From contig JBDREN010000218.1 of NCBI GenBank assembly GCA_043819795.1, forward strand, positions 36,857 to 100,856: a stretch of DNA of 64,000 nt, in the 5' to 3' direction. Source of the stretch: Elusimicrobiota bacterium. Its GTDB lineage: Bacteria; Elusimicrobiota; Elusimicrobia; UBA1565. The position numbers were made by a program, and so were the translations under genes. The notes below the pieces were generated by a model. The model had not been told where the DNA came from, did not search any database, and was given only the letters and a program-made list of their open reading frames with translations. Below, piece by piece: positions 56,945 through 64,000 of the stretch (positions within the stretch are counted from its first letter, which is position 1; each line of letters opens with the position of its first letter).

Positions 56945-58320
56945 TGGCGATGGACGACCGGCCGGACCTGCTCGAGCTCGCGGACCGCGGCATCGCCGCG
57001 ATCCGCAAAGAGGCGCCCGATCTGGGGGCCGAGCTCTACTTGTATCGAGGGCGCGACCGCGGCGTCGAGCTGCGGGAGGGGCGTCTCGAGTCGATCCAGG
57101 AGTCCGAGGAGACGGGGATGGGCCTTCGCCTCTTCAACGGCAGGGGCATGGGGTTCGCGTTTTCGGGCGGGCTCGACGGCGCGATGCTTTCGGCCCTGTG
57201 CCGGCGCGCCTCCGAGCAGCTGGCGCGTCTGCCCGCCGATCCGCATCGCGTCCTTCCCGAGCCGAACAAGGGCCCGGGCTCGGAGGCCGAGGCGCGGGCG
57301 CTCGAGCGGACGGTCAACGATCCGACGCTCATGACCGTGCCGCCGCGCGAGCTTGTGCCGAGGCTCGAGGAGATGCACGCGCGGGCGACGAGGGCCGACA
57401 AGCGCATCGCCAAGGTTCTGCAGGTGGGCCTCGGAGAGAACGCCTCCGAGGTGGCCATCATCAGCACCGCCGGGGTCCGTGCCGTGGAGCGCGGCACCAG
57501 CTGCAGCGTCGGACTGTACGCGATGGCGTCCGCCGGGCAGGAGGTCCAGGTGGGCTCGGCCTCGCGGTCGGCGCGCTTCATGCGGGATCTCGACCTCGAC
57601 GGCGTCGTCGACGAGGCCGTTTTCCGCACGGTATCGCTGCTCGACGCCAGGAGGCTGCCCAGCAAGCGGCGGGCCGTGTTGTTCGATCCCTGGGTCGCCG
57701 GCGAGATCGTGGGGCTTCTCGCCGGCCCGATGTCGGCCGAGACGGTCCAGCGGGGGAAGTCCCTTCTGCGCGGCAAGATCGGCAAGCGGATCGCCAGCGC
57801 GGGGGTCTCCTTCGTGGACGATCCGCTGCGTCCGGGCGGGATCGCGAGCGCCTACTCCGACGACGAGGGCGTCCCCGCGCGCCGTAAGACGATGGTGGAA
57901 AACGGGGTCCTGCGCGACTACTTCTACGACACATATACCGCCCACAAGGACGGGCTCGTCTCGAACGGATGCGCCGGGCGCGCCGGCTTCAAGGGGCTTC
58001 CGGGAGCGACCTCCTCCAATTTCTATATGGAGCCCGGGACGATGAGCCGCGACGAGCTGGTCGCCGACACCCGGGACGGCATCCTCGTATTCGAGCTGAT
58101 GGGGATGCACACCGCGGATCCGATCTCGGGCGAGATCTCGGTCGGCGTCTCCGGGGTCGCGCTGAGAAACGGAGAAATCTCTCACGGCATCCGGGGGGCG
58201 ATGCTCTCGGGCAACCTCCTCGACATGCTCGAGTCCGTGGACGCCGTAGCGGACGACTTGATATTCTACGGCAGCCTGGCGTCGCCGACGTTCCGCGTCG
58301 CCGATCTGACGATCGCCTGA
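56944..58320 (+). CDS. TldD/PmbA-family metalloprotease
   Basis: GMGLRLFNGRGMGFAFSG ... C-terminal GMHTADPISGEISVGVSGVALRNGE. Confidence 0.8.
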   Translation: MAMDDRPDLLELADRGIAAIRKEAPDLGAELYLYRGRDRGVELREGRLESIQESEETGMGLRLFNGRGMGFAFSGGLDGAMLSALCRRASEQLARLPADPHRVLPEPNKGPGSEAEARALERTVNDPTLMTVPPRELVPRLEEMHARATRADKRIAKVLQVGLGENASEVAIISTAGVRAVERGTSCSVGLYAMASAGQEVQVGSASRSARFMRDLDLDGVVDEAVFRTVSLLDARRLPSKRRAVLFDPWVAGEIVGLLAGPMSAETVQRGKSLLRGKIGKRIASAGVSFVDDPLRPGGIASAYSDDEGVPARRKTMVENGVLRDYFYDTYTAHKDGLVSNGCAGRAGFKGLPGATSSNFYMEPGTMSRDELVADTRDGILVFELMGMHTADPISGEISVGVSGVALRNGEISHGIRGAMLSGNLLDMLESVDAVADDLIFYGSLASPTFRVADLTIA

Positions 58321-58349
58321 CGAGAGGCCTTCCCCGACCCGGAACCGCG

Positions 58350-59921
58350 ATGCTTTTCCGGAATCCCGCGCGCTCGCTGCTCTGGACCTTCCTGCTGATC
58401 GTGTCGGCGCACCCGTCCGGCCCCCGCCGGGCAGGCGGCGAGACTCCTCCGGTGCAGGAGTCTCGCGTCGACTGGAGCAGTTACGACAGGATCCGGCAGG
58501 AGTACCAGCGCATCCCTCCCCGGGTGGAGCCGCTCATGGAGCGGCTGAGGGATCTGCGAGCGCGCTACAGGGAGACGGATGATTTCGAGTCCGTGGCGGC
58601 CGAACGCGACGCCATCCGGCGGCGGCTGCAGGATGCCCGGGACGAGATCAGGGATCTCGAGAATGCGGTCAAGACGGCAGATCTCGCGAACGCCCTGCCG
58701 CTCACCCAGCGGGAAGAGCTGAATCTGGATATCGAGGCCCTGAGCAGACGGCTCATCGTCTACAAGTCCGCTTTCGATCCCATGAAGGATTTTAGGAGGA
58801 AGATCAAGCGGCTGCTGAGCGACGACGATCAGGCCTATCAGGCCGCGGAGGCGTTTTACGCGCGACGAGAGCGGCTGCGGAACCTGGCGCTCCTCGGCGC
58901 GGCCGCGGCCTGCGCGCTGGTGCTCGGGCTGTGGGCCGCCTATCGGAGGAGTAGGCCGCTCACGCAGACCGCCATCCCGTTCGCGGCGAGGGTTGAGCTT
59001 TCCGGCGCGATGGACCTTCCGGGCATGGGCCGGGCCGCCGCGCTCGAAGGTGGGCGGCCGAGGGGCCTGCTCGGGCCGCCGGCTCCGGCCGGAGACGAAG
59101 GCGGCGACCCGCCGCGGGCGGACATACTCGGGGGCAACTTCCGGATCGAGAGCGAGATCGGCCGCGGCGGCATGGGGATCGTCTACGCGGCGACGGACCT
59201 GACGCTGCAGAGGAGGGTCGCCATCAAACGGATGCGCCAGGAGATCCTCCAGAACCAGAGGGAGCTGAAGCTGTTCCTGGCGGAGGCGCGCCTTGTGGCC
59301 TCGCTCAGGCATCCGAACGTCGTGGAGATCCTTTCCATCGTCCGGGAGAGCGGGCAGCTGTTCCTGGTCTTCGAGTTCGTGCCAGGGAGATCGCTCCAGC
59401 AGCTGGTGGCGGACACCGGCAGGCTGCCCTACCGGCAAGCCCGCGTCATCCTGCGTCAGATCGCGCGCGGGCTCGACTACGCCCATTCCCGGAAGGTCAT
59501 CCACCGGGACCTGAAGCCGTCGAACATCATGATCGACGATAACGGGAACGCCAAGATCATGGACTTCGGGATCGCCCATCAGGCGAAGAAGACGGTCGCG
59601 AGGCTCACGCGGGCCGAGGTCTGGGGAACTCCCGAGTACATGGCGCCGGAGCAGGAGCTGGGGTCCATCTCCAAGGAGTCGGACCTCTACGCCCTTGGGG
59701 TGTGCTTCTATGAAATGGTGACGGGCGTCCCGCCGTTCGAGGGCCCGAACTTCCTGGCGCAGAAGCGGCAGATGGTGTTCTCTCCCCCGTCCAAGCGGGT
59801 CGACGGGCTTCCGGGGCGGGTGGACGCCCTGCTTCGCCGAGCCCTGAACGTCGATCCCAGCCAACGGTTCCATGCCGGCTTGGAGTTCGTATCGGAGCTA
59901 GAGGCCGTGCAAGCCGGCTGA
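58350..59921 (+). CDS. membrane-anchored Hanks-type Ser/Thr protein kinase, kinase domain C-terminal
   Basis: Signal/TM. ~180-aa coiled-coil ectodomain. TM (LALLGAAAACALVLGLWAAY). Kinase motifs GRGGMGIVY, VAIKRM, HRDLKPSNIM, DFGIA, APE. Confidence 0.8.
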   Translation: MLFRNPARSLLWTFLLIVSAHPSGPRRAGGETPPVQESRVDWSSYDRIRQEYQRIPPRVEPLMERLRDLRARYRETDDFESVAAERDAIRRRLQDARDEIRDLENAVKTADLANALPLTQREELNLDIEALSRRLIVYKSAFDPMKDFRRKIKRLLSDDDQAYQAAEAFYARRERLRNLALLGAAAACALVLGLWAAYRRSRPLTQTAIPFAARVELSGAMDLPGMGRAAALEGGRPRGLLGPPAPAGDEGGDPPRADILGGNFRIESEIGRGGMGIVYAATDLTLQRRVAIKRMRQEILQNQRELKLFLAEARLVASLRHPNVVEILSIVRESGQLFLVFEFVPGRSLQQLVADTGRLPYRQARVILRQIARGLDYAHSRKVIHRDLKPSNIMIDDNGNAKIMDFGIAHQAKKTVARLTRAEVWGTPEYMAPEQELGSISKESDLYALGVCFYEMVTGVPPFEGPNFLAQKRQMVFSPPSKRVDGLPGRVDALLRRALNVDPSQRFHAGLEFVSELEAVQAG

Positions 59922-60128
59922 GTGGAGGAGGTCCGCCCGGAGATGATCGATCCCGAGTTGCTGAATATCCTAGCCTGTCCGGCCTGCAAGGGCCCGTTGG
60001 AGGATGCGGGTGGAGAGGAGGCGCTCGCCTGCCGCTCGTGCGGCCGCCGGTACCCCGTCCGCGAAGGCATCCCTATACTGCTCGTCGAAGAAGACCCGGG
60101 TTCAGCACATCAAGGGATTTGCCCTTGA
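59922..60128 (+). CDS. Trm112-family small zinc-ribbon protein
   Basis: [15 protein letters not shown] ... [20 protein letters not shown]. Confidence 0.65.
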   Translation: MEEVRPEMIDPELLNILACPACKGPLEDAGGEEALACRSCGRRYPVREGIPILLVEEDPGSAHQGICP

Positions 60129-60188
60129 TGGGCTCACACCTCCGCGACACAAAGACCCGCCGTCCACCGAAGGCGGACGGCGCATTCC

Positions 60189-60238
60189 TGATAACCCAGC
60201 GGTGCAAGCGACCGGTCGGCGCTGCGCGCGACCGGCGC
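60189..60238. repeat. inverted partial copy of the 39.3-kb repeat (first ~50 nt), adjacent to a CCGAAGG-loop hairpin (60158-60182)
   Basis: Reverse complement GCGCCGGTCGCGCGCAGCGCCGACCGGTCGCTTGCACCGCTGGGTTAT matches the unit start at 39326 with 1 mismatch. Confidence 0.75.
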
Positions 60239-60244
60239 TGAACA

Positions 60245-60706
60245 CTACACCGCTTCGTCGATGACGATGTTGACGTGCCGGTCTCCGGCGTGCACCGTCC
60301 CGCGGTGTACGCCGCGCAGGTCGCCTCTTCTCGCGACGCCCACCTTGCCGTGCGTGTTCACATAGACCGTGACCGTCAGGGGCTCTCGCCGCGCTCCGCC
60401 GGGAAGGACGAGGTCCTCCTCGCCCATCCGGTAGTGCAGCGGCAGCTTCGGGTTGATGATGCGGGCGACGGCCACGGGCACCCCCCCGTTGTTTGTGGCG
60501 ACTATGAAGAGCACTGTGTTCGGCCTCTCCGTGCGTTTCTGGATGCGCGGCGAGGCCGTGATGCTGCCGGAGAGGTGAAAGGTATGCGCGGAGCGCGCGC
60601 AGCCCATGGCGAGGCAGACGGCCGCCGCGAGCAGAATCGCGGAGGTCGTCTTTAGACGGCGACCGGAGGCTCCTGCGGGAGGATGTTCTGGCGTATGGCT
60701 TGCCAC
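60245..60706 (-). CDS. small secreted/lipoprotein-like hypothetical protein
   Basis: Real C-terminal 120 aa of the over-extended track ORF 60245..61276. Signal-like GRRLKTTSAILLAAAVCLAMGC. No ATG upstream of the signal. GTG at 60706 would overlap the upstream gene by 55 nt. ATG 60607 alternative. Confidence 0.3.
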   Translation of the reverse strand: MASHTPEHPPAGASGRRLKTTSAILLAAAVCLAMGCARSAHTFHLSGSITASPRIQKRTERPNTVLFIVATNNGGVPVAVARIINPKLPLHYRMGEEDLVLPGGARREPLTVTVYVNTHGKVGVARRGDLRGVHRGTVHAGDRHVNIVIDEAV

Positions 60707-61485
60707 AGATAGACTCCGACGATCAGGAGTGCGACCACTAGTGCCTGGCTGCTGAAAAGCGGGACCTGGGTGGGAAGAGAGATCCAAACCAACTGCAGGG
60801 CGACAACGGGCGTCTGGGCGTAGAGAGCGATCTTGTAGAGCTCCGGAAACTCGAGGCCCCCGTTCATGAATGCGTTGATCAGCAGCGCCATAAGGGAGTA
60901 GAAGAGCGCGGCGGCGGGCTTCCAGATCAGAAAGAACAGCCAGGTGCTCACGAGGGCGACGGGATAGAGGACCATGGTCATGGCCTTGCCGTAGCGCCGG
61001 AAGAGCTCGCCGTCGATGATTTGGGGCTCCTCGGTCTTCGAAAAGTCGTGGGCCTCCAGGCGCTGGTTGTTGAGGACATAGACCGCGTTCTGTGTCAGGT
61101 AGACGAAGATCTTCCTGCGCTCCATCTCCGCCGGCGTGACCGCCTCGGTGCGGGCGGAGTCGATGACGATGGCCAACTGCGGGAACTCCGGGTGCCGCAC
61201 CTCGACGGGACCCCGCGCGGAGCTCCAGAGCCTGCCCTCGGCGATGGTGAGCTTCGGGATGGACGTGGCGGCCCAATCGATGGCCGAGTTGATGCGGGGA
61301 CGGGCGTGGACGAAGATCGCGAACGCGACGCCGAGCGAAAAGAGGAGCCCGAGGAAAGCGACGTACCGGATGGCGGCCGGGAAGGTCTTGCGGGGCACGC
61401 CACGGTAGAAAGGGAAATTGACGACGCTGTGGATCGGATCGAGCAACATAGCCAATAGAATATCAGAAGGGTCGCGTTTTTTCAA
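60652..61485 (-). CDS. polytopic membrane protein, hypothetical
   Basis: 277 aa, at least 5 TM helices. Confidence 0.55.
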   Translation of the reverse strand: MKKRDPSDILLAMLLDPIHSVVNFPFYRGVPRKTFPAAIRYVAFLGLLFSLGVAFAIFVHARPRINSAIDWAATSIPKLTIAEGRLWSSARGPVEVRHPEFPQLAIVIDSARTEAVTPAEMERRKIFVYLTQNAVYVLNNQRLEAHDFSKTEEPQIIDGELFRRYGKAMTMVLYPVALVSTWLFFLIWKPAAALFYSLMALLINAFMNGGLEFPELYKIALYAQTPVVALQLVWISLPTQVPLFSSQALVVALLIVGVYLWQAIRQNILPQEPPVAV

Positions 61486-61504
61486 CCGGACGAATCGCGG
61501 CGCG

Positions 61505-62056
61505 TCAGGGGGACTCCGCCCATAATATCTCGCGCGTTTTCAGTTTCCGGTTGGCCCATCGGGCGGCCGTGAACAGGTAGTCCGAGAGGCGGTTGAGATA
61601 GGCGAGCGCTCCCGGCGGCGCGCCTCCGGACCCCGGCGCGCACGCGGCGCGTTCCGCCCGGCGGCATACGGCCCGCGCCATGTGCAAGAAGGCGCCCGGC
61701 GCGGCCCCGCCCGGCAGGATGAACCGATGCGCGGGCTCGAGGCCGGAGGCCATGCGGTCGATCTCCGCCTCGAGCCACGCGGCCGCGTCCTCCGGGAAGG
61801 CCGCGGCGGCGCGTCGTGCCTGCGGGAGAGCGAGCACGGCGCCGAGGCGCAGGAGATCGGCCTGGACCCGGGCGAGGTCCGTGCTCAGCGACCGGAAGGT
61901 CCGGCGGCGCGGCAGCACGCTGAGCGCGGCCCCGATCGCCGAGCTCAGCTCGTCCAGCTCTCCGAGGACCACGATGCCCGGATCGTCCTTCCTGACCCGC
62001 CGTCCGCCGCGCAGTCCGGTCTTCCCTTTGTCGCCGCTCCGGGTGTATATCCTCAT
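61505..62056 (-). CDS. PduO-type ATP:cob(I)alamin adenosyltransferase
   Basis: MRIYTRSGDKGKTGL ... YLNRLSDYLFTAARW. Confidence 0.8.
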   Translation of the reverse strand: MRIYTRSGDKGKTGLRGGRRVRKDDPGIVVLGELDELSSAIGAALSVLPRRRTFRSLSTDLARVQADLLRLGAVLALPQARRAAAAFPEDAAAWLEAEIDRMASGLEPAHRFILPGGAAPGAFLHMARAVCRRAERAACAPGSGGAPPGALAYLNRLSDYLFTAARWANRKLKTREILWAESP

Positions 62057-62213
62057 GGCGTCTCGATCGTACGAATAATGCGGGACCTTGCGCAAACGTC
62101 CGGTATTCTATACCATGCGCATCGGAAAAAGCGGGCGAAGGGCCGACTTGGGACCTCCAGGGAGGCCGACGGAGAATCGATGTCGAGCAACAGCTGTTGG
62201 CTAGAGGTCGCGC

Positions 62214-63044
62214 GTGTCCCGGTTCGTTGACCTCCACACCCATTCCAATCGCTCGGACGGGACCGTGTCTCCCGCCGAGGTCGTCCGCCGGGCCCGCCGG
62301 CAGGGGATAGAGACCCTCGTCCTGACCGACCACGACACTGTCTCGGGCTTCGAGGAGGCGCGCGGCGAGGCCTTGCGTTTGGGGCAGCGCTTCGCCTGCG
62401 GCGTCGAGATCAACACCCGCGAAGGGGACAACGTCCACATCCTCGGCTACGGGGTCGACCCCTCGTCCGGACGCCTCCGGGAGAGCCTCGAGGAGTTCTG
62501 CGGCCGGCGTCTGCGGCGTGCCGAGGGCATCATCGGACGACTGGGCGAGCTGGGCGTCGATCTGCGGCTGGAGGAGGTCGTCGGCCTTTCCCGGGAGGCG
62601 ATCGGGCGTCCGCACGTGGCCGACGCCCTCCGCCGCAAGGGTGTCGTGCGCTCGCGAGCGGAGGCGTTTCGGAGGTATCTGGGGCGGGGGGCGGCGGCGT
62701 ACGTGGAGCCGATGGGCCCGACCGTGGAGGAGGCCATCGCTCTGATCCGGGAGGTCGGGGGCTTCGCTGTGCTCGCGCATCCCGGCCTCCTGGGGAGAGA
62801 CTTTCCTCTCGGCCCGTGGGTCGACGCGGGGCTCGAGGGGATCGAGGCATACTACGTGACGCACACACGCCCCCAGGTCCAGCGCTATCTCGAGACGGCC
62901 AAGCGTTACGGACTGATGCCCACGGGGGGCTCCGATTTTCATGGACCGCGCACGGGCCACCAGGATAATCTCGGCGTCCGCCTCCCGGAGGACGTCTTCT
63001 CCCGGATCGAGCCGAGGCTACGGGTGCTGGGGGGCTCCTCATGA
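62214..63044 (+). CDS. PHP-domain phosphoesterase (TrpH/YciV-like)
   Basis: VDLHTHSNRSDGTVSPAEVVRRARRQGIETLVLTDHD. Confidence 0.8.
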   Translation: MSRFVDLHTHSNRSDGTVSPAEVVRRARRQGIETLVLTDHDTVSGFEEARGEALRLGQRFACGVEINTREGDNVHILGYGVDPSSGRLRESLEEFCGRRLRRAEGIIGRLGELGVDLRLEEVVGLSREAIGRPHVADALRRKGVVRSRAEAFRRYLGRGAAAYVEPMGPTVEEAIALIREVGGFAVLAHPGLLGRDFPLGPWVDAGLEGIEAYYVTHTRPQVQRYLETAKRYGLMPTGGSDFHGPRTGHQDNLGVRLPEDVFSRIEPRLRVLGGSS

Positions 63045-63220
63045 GGCTCATCGCGCACCGGGGGGCGTCCGGGCGCCGGCCGGAGAACACGCTGGCCGCC
63101 TTCCGCGCCGCGCTCGAGATGGGCGCCGCCGAGCTCGAGTGCGCTGTGCGGCAGACGAGGGACGGGGAGTTAGTCCTCCTACACGACCCCGAACTGCGTC
63201 GTCGGGAGGAAGGGGCATGA
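63041..63220 (+). pseudogene. 59-codon N-terminal remnant of a glycerophosphodiester phosphodiesterase (GDPD)
   Basis: MRLIAHRGASGRRPENTLAAFRAALEMGAAELECAVRQTRDGELVLLHDPEL matches the first ~55 aa of GDPD enzymes and then stops. Full-length GDPDs are ~240 aa. Confidence 0.5.
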
Positions 63221-64000
63221 CCCGGCGCTCGCCGCGTCCCAGCGGCCGGCAGATCGAGGCCGAGGTCGACCGCTTGGCCGCCAGGGGCCTCTCGGCCCTG
63301 GGCTACAGCGAGATGGAGCTCGAGGGCCTCGCCGCCCTGACGTTGCGCGTCAACCGGCTCAAGAAGGAGAAGAAGGCCGTGATCCCGGCCCACGTCTACC
63401 AGCGCGCCGAGATCCTGGCCGGGATCGCCGACTTCGTCGGCGACTCGTACAAGCTCGCCAAGTCCTGCGCGGGGGTGGACGCGGAGAGGATCGTCTTCTG
63501 CGGCGTGCGTTTCATGGCCGAGACCGCGAAGATCCTCAATCCCGACAAGGAGGTCTTTCTGCCGGCGAAGGAGGCCGGCTGCTCTCTGGCCGACTCGATC
63601 ACGGAGAGCGACGTCCGCGCGCTCAAGAAGCGACATCCGGGGCTGCCGGTCGTCACCTACATCAACACCGCCGCAGAGGTGAAGGCCGAGAGCGACGTCA
63701 TCGTGACGAGCGCGAACGCGGCGAAGATCCTTCGCCGGATGTACGAGCGGCACAAGCGCTTGATCTTCCTTCCGGACGCTTGGATGGGCCGCAACCTCGC
63801 CCGCGAGCTGGGGAAGAAAGTGGGATCGGAGCTGATCGTCTGGGACGGCAAGTGCGTCGTCCACGAGAGTTTCGATTCGGACTCGGTCGCCTTCTACCGG
63901 AAGACCTATCCCGGCGTGAGGATCCTCGCCCACTCCGAGTGCAGCCCGGCTCTGGTCGGGTTGGTGGATTTCGTCGGCGGGACGGGCGACATGATGCGCT
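63217..64000 (+). CDS. nadA: quinolinate synthase A (partial, continues beyond window)
   Basis: VIPAHVYQRAEILAGIADFVGDSYKLA ... FCGVRFMAETAKIL. No stop in window. Confidence 0.8.
   Translation, partial: MTRRSPRPSGRQIEAEVDRLAARGLSALGYSEMELEGLAALTLRVNRLKKEKKAVIPAHVYQRAEILAGIADFVGDSYKLAKSCAGVDAERIVFCGVRFMAETAKILNPDKEVFLPAKEAGCSLADSITESDVRALKKRHPGLPVVTYINTAAEVKAESDVIVTSANAAKILRRMYERHKRLIFLPDAWMGRNLARELGKKVGSELIVWDGKCVVHESFDSDSVAFYRKTYPGVRILAHSECSPALVGLVDFVGGTGDMMR

Noticed and set aside
60245-61276. 343-aa minus ORF as one gene
   Set aside because: The N-terminal two-thirds overlaps the 60652..61485 membrane-protein gene in another frame with GC-artefact composition. Only the C-terminal ~120-150 aa looks genuine.

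Overview
High-GC (~68%) bacterial chromosomal window, mostly conserved housekeeping genes. Two parts stand out as unusual.

**Part 1 (Describe).** About 60 coding genes are called on both strands:
- cell wall: ddl, a class A PBP, alr, glmM, glmU
- heme: hemA, hemC
- repair and recombination: mfd, xseAB, rarA
- the infC-rpmI-rplT-pheST block
- ftsH, folP, pdxJ, acpS, thiL, tsaEB, ispE
- spoVG, then tRNA-Gln, then glmU-prs-ctc-pth
- a LolA-like / two FtsX permeases / ABC ATPase / OM barrel export cluster
- a hybrid histidine kinase, a Hanks-type kinase and several TPR proteins.

Many long antisense ORFs in the track are GC artefacts and are ignored.

**Part 2 (Hunt).**
1. Bases 190-9757 hold an orphan flagellar-type rotor/stator module:
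   - sigma70-like promoter and a candidate c-di-GMP-I (GEMM) riboswitch leader
   - an OM beta-barrel-like/TPR protein
   - a single polypeptide fusing a FliF-like periplasmic segment, a TM helix, FliG middle and C-terminal (torque-helix) domains, and TPRs
   - a Pro-rich giant coiled-coil protein, interrupted by an in-frame TAG
   - FlbD-MotA-MotB, a CarbopepD_reg-like lipoprotein and a pseudopilin-like lipoprotein
   
   No flagellar export, rod, hook or filament genes occur anywhere in the 64 kb. I propose this as a candidate undescribed envelope-spanning rotary machine under c-di-GMP control.
2. A 37-nt GC-rich palindromic element (CCTTCCACGCYYGGGTCCCGCGKCCAAGGGGACGCGG) sits in-frame, same orientation, inside four essential genes (glmM, nnr, tsaE, glmU). 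It adds about 12-14 residues each time. It resembles a miniature version of the Rickettsia RPE phenomenon.

Also present:
- a second intergenic repeat family with twin GC hairpins (two tandem ~156-nt units, plus two partial inverted copies elsewhere in the window)
- a 4x ~48-nt tandem array between pdxJ and acpS
- a frameshifted DUF222/HNH endonuclease in a low-GC islet
- a truncated GDPD gene remnant and a Pro/Ala-rich insertion in hemC.
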